Below, in pieces: positions 53,337 to 64,000 of a stretch of DNA of 64,000 nt; the first letter of the stretch is position 1, and every line of letters begins with the position of its first letter. Origin of the DNA: Eledone cirrhosa. Its lineage: Eukaryota. The translations under genes were made by a program, and so were the position numbers. The stretch is taken from contig OZ024741.1 of assembly GCA_964016885.1 (NCBI GenBank), positions 274,164,001 to 274,228,000 of the forward strand, read 5' to 3'. The notes beneath the pieces were generated by a model. It did not search any database. It had not been told where the DNA came from and saw nothing but the letters and a program-made list of their open reading frames with translations.

Positions 53337-54075
53337 GCTCATATCTAGACATTAAATTTTCCAAAACGATCGCGCCAAGAATTCATTTCAAAATGGCTAA
53401 AAATCGTGACGTAGTCGCGGTCAAGTTGGAAGGGGTGTGGTAGTTGCTTACGACTGGTGGCATTTTTGCTAGAAAGCACAGCACAATACAGCCAAATTTT
53501 TATCTCAACCTAGTGGGAGATTATTTCATATAAAAGTTTACATATATATATATACATACACATACATATACGTGTTTTGCAACCGGTCACTTTGTGGCTC
53601 AATGAAAAATTAATAAATTAAACAATCAGAGCTATATATCATAAATTCATTTTGAAATGAATTATTGGCGCGATCGTTTTGGAAAATTTAATGTCTAGAT
53701 ATAAGCGAGCTTCCTGAAGAATCCGGCGCTCGAGTTTATATAATTATTACATAATTATTGGAAAACTCAAAACACGGACGAAACCATGGTAGAGGTATTT
53801 AAATGTATTCTATTTTCTCCTAGTTTATTTTAAACCTAATTCTGCTTAGTTGACTGTATCTAGGCGATTACGCTGTCGAAATATTCGATAAATATTCCAC
53901 TACGGCCGACGCGAAGCGCTAGTTTTGGTTATTTGTCGGAGATTCCTTCATAGAAGCCTCATTCTTATAGCCTGGTCTATTCGATTTTTTATATAGTTAA
54001 TTATGCTAATTGGGAGAGGAAATAGTATATATTTTATCTTGTGATTCTATAGAATTAGGATTTAGCTAATATATA
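53333..54075 (+). mobile_element. Hammerhead element with inverted 5' segment; ribozyme at 53709-53796
   Basis: 53333-53395 is inverted to 53648-53710. gcttc-CTGAAGA-atccg...cggac-GAAA-ccatgg-TA-gaggt. Right boundary is uncertain. Confidence 0.7.
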
Positions 54076-54214
54076 TAATTGAATACTCATCCTCAGAAGC
54101 AACGGAGTGCCAACAATAATACACATACATACATACATACATACATACATACATACATACATACATACATACATACATACATACATACATACATACATAC
54201 ATACATACATACAT

Positions 54215-54584
54215 GTTAGTAACTACCTCCGTAGAAATCTTGAGAAGCTGGGCTTCACAGAAACAGAAAGAACACTACTAGTTAGGAAATTACAATTAAT
54301 GGAACAGTAAAAATATGTAAAACATTAATTCTGCATCTAATAACTGCATATACACTTGTACAGATAAAAAGTATATACACATGCACACATATAACTCAAA
54401 ACATCCACATCCACACATACAATAACATCCATACCTGCACACACACACACACACATGCATGCAGACATGTATACATATCTACCTAGTTGATATTGTTCAA
54501 AGCCCAATGAGAGTTTTGTATCTATGTTAGAAACTGACTCTCTCTCTATTGGTAAATATTTATAAAATTATAAAACCAGAAGAA
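54215..54584 (+). mobile_element. R4-clade 3' fragment (subfamily 1) in (CATA)n
   Basis: Matches 57809-58173. Confidence 0.85.
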
Positions 54585-54599
54585 CATACATACATACAT

Positions 54600-55015
54600 C
54601 CTGATTACACCTTCAGATTTATGCCTGTGATTATTGGGGCACTGGGGTATGTTAGTAACTGCCTCAATACAAATCTTGAGAAGCTAGGCTTCATAGGGAC
54701 AGAAAGAACACAACTAGTTAGGAAATTACAAGTACAATCCATTAATGGAACAGTAAAAATATGTAAAACCTTCCAAAAACTTTGCATCTAATAACTGCAT
54801 ATACCCATGTACAGATATAAAGCATATACACATGCACATATACAACTCAAAACATCCACATCCACACATACAATATCATCCATATCTACACATGCATGCA
54901 TACATATCTACCTAGTTGATGTTGTGTAAATTCCAATGAGAGAGTCTTGTAACTATGTTAGAAACCGACTCTCTCTCTATTGGGAAAAATTTGTGAAATT
55001 ATAAAACCAGAAGAA
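54600..55015 (+). mobile_element. R4-clade 3' fragment (subfamily 1) in (CATA)n
   Basis: PDYTFRFMPVIIGALG..CKTF, with the same 3' end ..aaccagaagaa. Confidence 0.85.
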
Positions 55016-55096
55016 CATACATAGACACATACATACATACATACATACATACATACATACATACATACATACATACATACATACATACATACATAC

Positions 55097-55698
55097 ATGG
55101 TGGCTGCCAACTCGTTTTCGAGTACGGCCACTACTTTATATCCATGTAGGAGAACCCCTACCGATGCGCTGAACGAGTGTGACTTTTTAGTCCAGCCAGC
55201 AACTTGTAAACTCTGGTACAAACACTACACTTGCGACAATTATTGACACACAGTGCTGGGCCCATGGTACCATGTAACAACAAGAGCAAAGAGATCTCCA
55301 GATATAAAGCAATGCCTGTGCCGTGAAGCTTTTATAGTGAGCAAAGGCACTGCACAAAGCCAGTCCCACTCTCTTAACCAAGATGATATTTACCAAAAAG
55401 AAGAACAAGTCAACATCATTGGATACCATCAGGGTTGCAGGTGTTATATCAGAGTTTTCCTTCTCCTAGAATTCTGCCCTGACAAAGGCTAAGGGGTCAT
55501 CTCTCCCGGTGATTTTGGATGGCCATTGGCTCTTAAGAGTTCCTTTGACAGGTTTTGTTTTTAGTCCTGCAGGATGTCCAAAGTCACCCTCCTCACCAAG
55601 AAACCTTGGTGGGGTTGCCAGTTTAGTCGCCAACGACCCGACCATGAGACAGGTTGTACTGGGATACATGTTACCAGTAGCACCAACTGGTGACCTGA
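55097..55698 (-). mobile_element. ~600-bp RTE-derived element with (GTAT)n tail
   Basis: Minus strand: C2H2 finger CSVCTRVYKLLAGLKSHTRSAH*, 3' stem-loop ctcg-aaaa-cgag, and a 5' part resembling an RTE 5'UTR. Confidence 0.65.
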
Positions 55699-55848
55699 CA
55701 TACATACATACATACATACATACATACATACATACATACATACATACATACATACATACATGGACACGTACATACATACATACATACATACACACATACA
55801 TACATACATACATACATACATACATACATACATACATACATACATACA

Positions 55849-55882
<34 letters not shown>

Positions 55883-55895
55883 CATACATATATAT

Positions 55896-56205
55896 ATGGT
55901 GGCTGCCAACTCGTTTTCGAGTACGGCCACTACTTTATATCCATGTAGGAGAACCCCTACCGATGGGCTGAACGAATGTGACTTTTTAGTCCGGCCAGCA
56001 ACTTGAAAACTCTGGTACAAACACTACACCTGTGACAATTATTGACACATAGTGCTGGGCCCATGGTACCATGTGAGGACAAGTGCTGAGAGATCTCCAG
56101 ATATAAAGCAATGCCTGTGCCGTGAAGCTTTTATAGTGAGCAAAGGCACTGCACAAAGCCAGTCCCACTCTCTTAACCAAGATGATATTTACCAACAAGA
56201 AGATG
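55896..56205 (-). mobile_element. 5'-truncated copy of the RTE-derived element
   Basis: Shares its 3' end with the 55097 copy. Confidence 0.7.
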
Positions 56206-56278
56206 TTGACATAGATACATACATACATACATACATACATACATACATGGATACGTACATACATACTTACATGCACAC

Positions 56279-56660
56279 AGTTTTCTGTCTAGTTGATGTC
56301 AATATGGTAAGAAAAATGCAAAAGAAGGATTTTTACCTATCGTTGATGAAGAGTTTGCAAATCCAGTATTTAATATACATCTTCAGCTTCATACCAGTCA
56401 TTGTTGAAGCTACAGGTTATATACCAACCTGCCTGAACCTAAGTGTAACTGAACTTGGATTTATGGAGAAAGACTGTAGCTTCTTAACTCATAAGTACAA
56501 ATGGGCTCGATATCTCGAACCTTCGAAGTCTGTAAAACATTCTTACGATTCAAAAGGTGAACGATTACACAAGAGATGACAACAATTTCCTTTTCTTTAC
56601 AACGTTGCCACTGGGAAGTTGGCCAATCAAAAGTAACTCAAAATTAAGAGAAAGAGAGAG
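56279..56660 (+). mobile_element. R4-clade 3' fragment (subfamily 2) in (CATA)n
   Basis: LMKSLQIQY..FSFIPVIVEATGY aligns with LMRNLQILH..FRFMPVIIGALGY, but the 3'UTR differs. Confidence 0.7.
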
Positions 56661-56763
56661 CATACATACATACATACATACATACATACATACATACATA
56701 CATACATACATACATACATACATACATACATACATACATACATACATACATACATACATACAT

Positions 56764-58173
56764 TGGAATACTAAATTGGACGATAGATGAAATCCGAGCA
56801 GTTGATGTTGGAACTCGAAAAATACTGAACAACACCGGAAACTTCCACATCAACAGTGATATAGACCGCCTTTACTTGAAACGTAAGCAGGGAGGCAGAG
56901 GCCTAACATCAGTCCAGACAACATTTGAATGTCGCATCATATCCCTCCGACAACATCTACGAATCTCGAAGCGTAGGAGCCCGTCTCTCGAGCAAGTGTA
57001 TCTGCATGAAACAGATAAGATCATGAGAGTTGGGAAGGAACTCCTTGAGAGATATTCCCTGTGTGATAATCAAAAACTCACACCCAGGGATGTCGCTCAG
57101 CAGTATCGCAGTGAATCCATGGATGAAAAACTGCATGCCTATCAGCAAAAAGTCATGCATGGATATGTTACCTGGAAGCTCCAGACTGAGAGTAATATAG
57201 ATAAGGAAAGAAGTCTATCTTGGACCAACAACCGCTATATAGGCTCCCACTTTGAAGGATACGCTTTTGCAATCCAGGAACAGGAGATTAGCACGAAATA
57301 CCTGATTCACAAAAGAGATAGGGATGCAGGCAAAACACCTAGATGTGATAACAAGTGCAGACTCTGCAGAACTAACATCGAGGATATCAACCATGTCATC
57401 AGCAGCTGCCCAAAGATGTCATCGCAGTACTATCTACCTATGAGGCATGATGTAGTGGCCAAAACACTGTACAATGCAGTTCGGAAAAAAGATAGCCCCG
57501 ATAATAAACACATTAAAAGCTACAGCAATGTGGAAGACATCCATGTACATAATATGAAAGAGTACTGGTGGAATGTTCCAGTAAAAACCCCAATAAAATG
57601 CAGGCATAACAGACCAGATATTATGATATGGGACAGGGAGAAGAAAGCATGCACAGTAGTGGAAATTAGCTGCCCAGCAGATGCCAATATAATATAAAAG
57701 ATTAGTGAAAAGGAGAAGATTTATGCAGAACTGATGAGAAATCTGCAGATACTCCACCCTGATTACACCTTCAGATTTATGCCTGTGATTATTGGGGCAC
57801 TGGGATATGTTAGTAACTGCCTCAATACAAATCTTGAGAAGCTAGGCTTCACAGGAACAGAAAGAACACAACTAGTTAGGAAATTACAAGTACAATCCAT
57901 TAATAGAACAGTAAAAATATGTAAAACATTCCAAAACTGTTGCATCTAATAACTGCATATATACATATACAGATGCAAAGCATATACACATGCACACATA
58001 CAACTCAAAACATACACATCCACACATACAATAACATCCATATCTACACATGCATACATACATACCTACCTAATTGATGTTGTGTAAATTCCAATGAGAG
58101 AGTCTTGTGTCTATGTTAGAAACCGACTCTCTCTCTATTGGTAAAATTTTGTGAAATTATAAAACCAGAAGAA
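56764..58173 (+). mobile_element. R4-clade LINE, 1.4-kb 3' part (subfamily 1): CCHC finger + RLE; one in-frame stop at 57695
   Basis: RLYLKRKQGGRGL, AIQEQEIST, CRLC..INHVISSC, RHD and HNRPDIMIWD..VEISCP. Confidence 0.9.
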
Positions 58174-58204
58174 CATACATACATACATACATACATACAT
58201 ACAT

Positions 58205-58344
58205 AGATTACAAATGGCTGCGATATCTGGCACCTTCAAAATTTGCAAAACATTCTTGCGATTCAAGGGATGACAATTTCTTTTATAACCTTGCCACCAG
58301 GAAGGTGGCCGGTCAAAAATGTACTCCAAATTAAGAAAAGGAGA
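58205..58344 (+). mobile_element. R4-clade short 3' fragment (subfamily 2) in (CATA)n
   Basis: Similar to 56495-56660. Confidence 0.65.
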
Positions 58345-59104
58345 TACATACATACATACATGCATGCATACATACATACATACATACATACATACATACA
58401 TACATACATACATACATACATACATACATAGTGTGTGTGTGTGTGTATTTCCACCAATATGTTAATAAAACTCATCTAAACACACCTAGAAGAAATGGTT
58501 TCTGTTTAAAAAAATATTATAATAATTTATTGTATTCAAAATGTAATAAACTTGACTTATGTTTATTCATAACCAGAAATTAATAATCAATACTTATGCA
58601 TAAATAATACATTTTACATTTCTTTTCAATGTTTTGAATCCTATTCTGATCAAGACGTATTGTTCTCATCTTTCTTCCAATATCGAACACAACCGACCCA
58701 ATCACGACCATTTTTGTATGATTTCAGGTGCAGCATACAATCGACTAAAATATTTAATGTGAATTTTTTGCAAATTTTTTTTTTTCGAGTGATTGCTATT
58801 TTTAGTATATGTAGCGACCACATAGAGTCTCTTCCATTGATTTGTTATTTTGTTTGGTTAGGTTAGTAGGTTGTGGCTCTTGCTGGTCCCAATTATTGCC
58901 CATGTTCTTTTTTTTCAGCTTTAATCGAGCAGACCCATGATCAATGGCACTCCAGAAATGACTAACCATTCTGTTTTTTGTTAGTTTCTTTTTTCATGCT
59001 GTGTACTACATTAACCAAGGCATCCTTCCTTCTTTTAAGACAGTATGGTTGTAATTAAGATGCATTTGATTGCTTTATTTAGCATACCTAATGACCATGT
59101 AGAG

Positions 59105-59624
59105 CAGGGTTTCCCAAACATTTTAGCATCGACACCTTCATGGAATCCTTGATCCCTCTTCGACCCCCAGGCTTGTACAAAAAAATAAATAAAAAATAAT
59201 AATTAAGTAGATGTGTAGTTTCCATGTACATTAGTGTCGGAAGCTGTATACCAAACCCTGCTTTCAATATACATCAGTATGGAAACTACACACCATGCCC
59301 TGCAAAACTGTTGTTCTCTATCCCCCTCCTCCTGTGAATATGTCTCATAAAATATAGGGAAACAAAAAGGAAAAACTGACACCAAATAAATATATAAACA
59401 CACTGGCTATTATTATAGTTGATGATTAAAAATGTGTATCAGCAAGTTGTATTTTATGTATTTTTATTTCTTATACAAATGTCAGAATTGGATCCCGAAA
59501 ATTCAATTGAACCCTGGCGTTTATCGACCCTCTTTTGATCCTCCAGGCATTTATCGAACTTTTGAAGAGTTCCATCAAACTCCATATCTCCAGGGGTCGA
59601 TATCGACCACTTTCGCGCCCCCTA
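59105..59624. mobile_element. Non-autonomous hAT-like element
   Basis: Left end CAGGGTTTCCCAAAC, degenerate right end, 8-bp flanks ATGTAGAG / ATGTAGAC, internal tcgacccc / ggggtcga motifs. Confidence 0.55.
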
Positions 59625-60207
59625 ATGTAGACCCTCCACAACATTTTCAACAATGCCGCCATTAATAGATATCGGTTTTGCTGTGTACAGCAAATAAATA
59701 TTTCTAGTGCTGCATTTCAGTTTTAACTTAATGTTTTGTCCTACATTTCAAATAAGTTAATTAGCGACAGCACAAATTCAGCATGTCCGTACACGCCTTG
59801 ATTTTAAGTAAGCTTCTGGAAACTTTAAAAACCAAAACAAAGTCACTATTTCGTTATCTTTGAAGAATTGTTCCACTATTTTGGTAAAATTATTACAACC
59901 ATCACCATGTTCTCTTGATTTTATTTTATTTCATTTTTTTGTAAAATCGTGTTATATAGAAGAAAGTAGTGAGAGAATAACCCCCTTCACAGGCCCCTGT
60001 AACACGGTTGATGTTGCGGGTGTTCGTGTTCTGTTTGAACAAATGCAAGTTGACGATTGTAGGAAAGATATGGCCTGGGAGTTAATTCCAGAGTCGACAG
60101 TTTGGGAAGGAAGACATATATAAGGTGGATGGCGAAAGATTTGATGGGGGGGGGGGGTATAAGCACAATATGGATGACGAGATTAGAGAGGAGATGATGG
60201 GATGATA

Positions 60208-60570
60208 AAGAGAGTGTGGGTAGGATGATCTTGCGAGATGAGGGTGGGATGATCATGAGACGAGAGGGTGGGAAGGTCATGTGAGGAGAAGGTATGATGG
60301 TCATGTGAGGAGAGGGTGTGGTGATCATGAGAGGAATGGGTGGAATGAGTCTGAGATGAGAGTGTGGGATGGTCCTGAGGGGAGAGGGTTGGATGGTCAA
60401 CAGAGGAGAGTGCGGGGTAGTAATGAAAGGAGAGTGTGTGATGATCATGAAAGGAGAGTGTGGGGTAGTAATGAGCGGAGAGTGTGTGATGTTCATGAAA
60501 GGAGAGTGTGTGGTAGTAATGAGAGGAGAGTGTGAGGTAGTCCTGTGGGTAGTGCATGGGATAGTCATGA
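60208..60570. repeat. Degenerate 24-bp tandem repeat
   Basis: gagagtgtg recurs every 24 nt. Confidence 0.8.
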
Positions 60571-60749
60571 AAATATATAATCCAGATCCGTCAAGTTCCT
60601 TTCCCTACCAAGAGATCCTCCATCAACTTCATTGAAATCCTCGAAGCAAGCTTGTTACATGGACTACCTTGGTGAACTCAGGTTTTATTCTGTTGACTTC
60701 TTTGCCCTATCAACAGTCTGGTTTTAGAATTTCTGCATACTTCAACCAT

Positions 60750-62040
60750 AAATCCTGATATCTTCTGGTTGATTTGGTAAACAGTAATTTCTTTGTATAT
60801 ATTGTGTACTTTTTGTTCGACATACATGTCTGATATACTTGAGGTGTTGTACGTAGACGAAGTTTCTTAAGAGGAGAGTCTTGACAATATTTTGCATTTC
60901 TATGTTAGAATATACAAAACTGTATTCTCCTTCGATTGATTCTGATCCATGTTTCTTTGAAATTAAATCCAGCATGCTTCCATTTTTGTGTGTGTGTTTC
61001 TATATTTCTTTTGGAAGCCATATGTCAATGGAGATCTCAAACATACTTCAAATACCTTTCTTCTTGTGTTCCTATCAATATTCTTGACTGTTTGTATAGT
61101 TCTCAGTTCATAAGATTTAGCTGCTGCTTTTGATATTTGCAACTCTCCTGAAATTGCATTTGAATCACTAGAAGTCACCTTCGTCAAATAAATGAAATCT
61201 TTCACATTCTCAATCATATTTCTATCTATGCTGAAAAGTTTCTCCTCTGCTAGTTCACTGAATGATATTGTTAGACCAAATCTTTTCCATGTGTTGTTAA
61301 TGATGTTGAAAAATTTCTCGGCTTCATCTACTTTGTTAGAGAACAGCACTACATCATCAGCTTATAGAATCCAGAGAATAACATCAATTCCACGTAAACG
61401 TCCATTGTTCCTCTGCTCTCTATTTGAACATATATATGTGAAATGTATTCAAACTTAATTCCCCATCCTTCAGGGAACGCTTCATCAATAGCATGTGCAG
61501 CAACTTTTAGTACATAATCAAAATAATAATACAAGAAGAATCCTGTCCTGCCCCCCCCCCCCCCTCCCGCCCATGTCTAGAGTCAACAACGACACCAAAC
61601 TTAATCTTCGCTTCGTACAACTGATAGATGCTGAGGTATCTAATAATTTCTGTAAAATTGCAATCAAATGTTTAGTTCCTGTTCGCATTGGGATCGAATT
61701 AAGGAAATTATTCCTTTGTACCTGGTCATATGCTGCAGCTAAATCAATATACATTCCAATCAATATTTCCCCATATCTCTCAATAACATTCTTTAACAAT
61801 AAATATACCAACAGCCGTGGGGGCGATTTCGGTGGAATCCTTACTGTGCATCGCTTATATTTCTCTCATATGACTTCTTCAGTCTTCCAATTACAATCTT
61901 AGCTAAATTTCTGCTCATGTTAGCTCCAATGGATAGACCTTCATAGTTAGTTGCTAATATTCTTATTTCATTCTTAAAGAGACATATGATACTAGATTGT
62001 AACAATATAGTTGGTACAACGATCAAATTCCATATCAATT
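60750..62040 (-). pseudogene. Decayed RTE/RTEX-like reverse transcriptase
   Basis: NYEGLSI..LAKIVIGRL..ISDAQ*GF, YIDLAAAYD, RFGLTISF and ENVKDFIYL. Confidence 0.7.
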
Positions 62041-62290
62041 GTCAGGTGCACAAGTATTGCAGATAATAAATGCATTAGAGATCACCGTAATAACGATTTC
62101 TGATTTAGGCCCTCTCTAGACGCTACCCCCGCCAATTGCCTACTGCGCATCAACATGAGATATTTTTCTCCACAAAGTTCAATCACCAACAGCAGAGTTT
62201 AAAGAGCAAATGTCAAGTCCAGCCCATAAGTTGACATTATCAAGCTATCATTTTGGCTGTCGACCTGTGCCTCTCTTACCAGCCAACTTT

Positions 62291-62476
62291 CCTTCTAGGC
62301 ACAACACCAATGATTTTGGGGGAGGGGAAAGACGATTAATTCGACTACCCCAGTGCATTACTGTTACTTTATTTTGTCGACCTCGTAAGGATGAAAGGCA
62401 AAGTTAAGCTTGGCGAGATTTGGAGTTAGACCGCAAAGCATGTTGTCCGACACTCTACCGATACTGGCAGTCCAAC
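62291..62476 (-). mobile_element. Diverged tRNA-derived SINE
   Basis: Reverse complement of the 4821 family body. Confidence 0.7.
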
Positions 62477-63158
62477 ACTCTAACGGTAGGAAATTTGGAG
62501 CTAGAACACTTTACAATTGTAACTTCAGGACACAGTATTTACATCATAAGTCTATATTTTAAGCAAATGAAATACAAAGGGGACTCTCAATATATATGTC
62601 ATATATAGCACTGCAAAGACAACAGTATTTGACAACGTTGATCTATACTGAACCTCATCAACAAGTATATTCTGTTCACAAATTGCTGTGCCTTCTGTAA
62701 TGACGAGAACTAATTCGTCCTGACCAAAGTCTATTAATAGAAAGCTAGAGTTAACCATTTCCACAAGTTGTAGCGTTTTAGCTAAACTCAAAGCATAGTT
62801 AATAATTTGAAAAACTAAACATACACCGATGTATATATGTCTGAGTGTGTGTGTCTGTATATATATATATATATATATATACATGTGTCTGTCTGTGCGT
62901 ATATATATATATATATATGTATATATAAATATATACATATATATATATATATATATATGTATACATATATACACACACTCAGACGCACAGATACACACAC
63001 ATACGCACGCACGCGCACACACATACACACACATATATATATATAGGGGGGCATAAATGTTAATGGACACCCCTACCTCATAATAACAAATTAAGATAAA
63101 CGTAAGCCGACGAATAGTAATTAAAATTATGTATACACAGCTAAAAGTGTATATATGC

Positions 63159-63196
<38 letters not shown>

Positions 63197-63274
63197 GTTT
63201 GTATATGTGTTAATAGATATATATATATATACTTGTATTTATATGCTTCTAGTTTTATATGTGTGCATGTATGC

Positions 63275-63336
<62 letters not shown>

Positions 63337-63371
63337 TTACATACATACCTACGTTCTTATACACCTACACG

Positions 63372-63470
<99 letters not shown>

Positions 63471-63558
63471 TTATATGTACATATATATATATAAATGTAT
63501 ATATATATTTATATATATATATATATTTACATACATACATACACCTACACACACACAC

Positions 63559-63636
<78 letters not shown>

Positions 63637-63899
63637 GTGCGGCATGGTGTTAGTGTTTCCTTTGCGTGAAATATTTAATTAAGTGGTAAATAACGGCCAT
63701 AAAACGGCCTCAGTTCACTGAAAGTTTCCAGCAGGTCTCCTCTGTCAGATGTAATAAGTAATAGTAACAGCAATAGATTTGATACTCAAGAAAAAATCTA
63801 CGTCCATAAAACTAGAATTAGGGATTAAGAAATTTATCGCCAGAATTTTTAGTGGGGAATATAATATTTGTTGCTTTGTATGATGGCTATATATGTACT

Positions 63900-64000
63900 T
63901 TTGTTGGTGGTGGTGGTGGTGGTGGTGTTGTGGTTGTGGTGGTGGTGGTGTTGTGGTTGTGGTAGTGATGGCGGTAGTGGTGGTGTTGTGGTTGTGGTTG
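63900..64000. repeat. (GGT/GTT)n tract running off the window
   Basis: Direct reading. Confidence 0.9.

Noticed and set aside
62552-63196. Possible host exon in the unique part of the 214-aa ORF
   Set aside because: No recognisable motif or clear splice pair. The ORF is mostly microsatellite, though a small exon cannot be excluded without RNA data.

Overview
Repeat-saturated animal genomic DNA with no recognisable host gene exon. Octopus or another coleoid cephalopod is my inference, based on the tRNA-derived SINE family and the extreme (TA)n/(CA)n density. Almost all short ORFs in the track are microsatellite artefacts. Real coding remnants all belong to mobile elements: a Penelope-like RT fragment, a Tigger/pogo transposon carrying a nested MITE, four Tx1/L1-clade LINEs, R4-clade (RLE) LINE fragments, RTE fragments and a decayed CR1/L2-like RT. 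There is also a 6.5-kb 18-bp minisatellite with higher-order structure. Two things stand out. (1) About 19 type I hammerhead-ribozyme motifs have intact cores, plus several degenerate ones, from at least 8 families. Many sit in asymmetric head-to-head palindromes whose 3' ends run into (TA)n, and one family looks like a circularly permuted retrozyme. (2) Retroelements appear partitioned by microsatellite: three Tx1 LINEs are stacked in one (GATA)n tract, two R4-clade subfamilies plus an RTE derivative are stacked in (CATA)n, and Dong-like, Tx1 and SINE copies sit in (TAA)n. All folds and alignments were read by eye, so coordinates may be off by a few nt.
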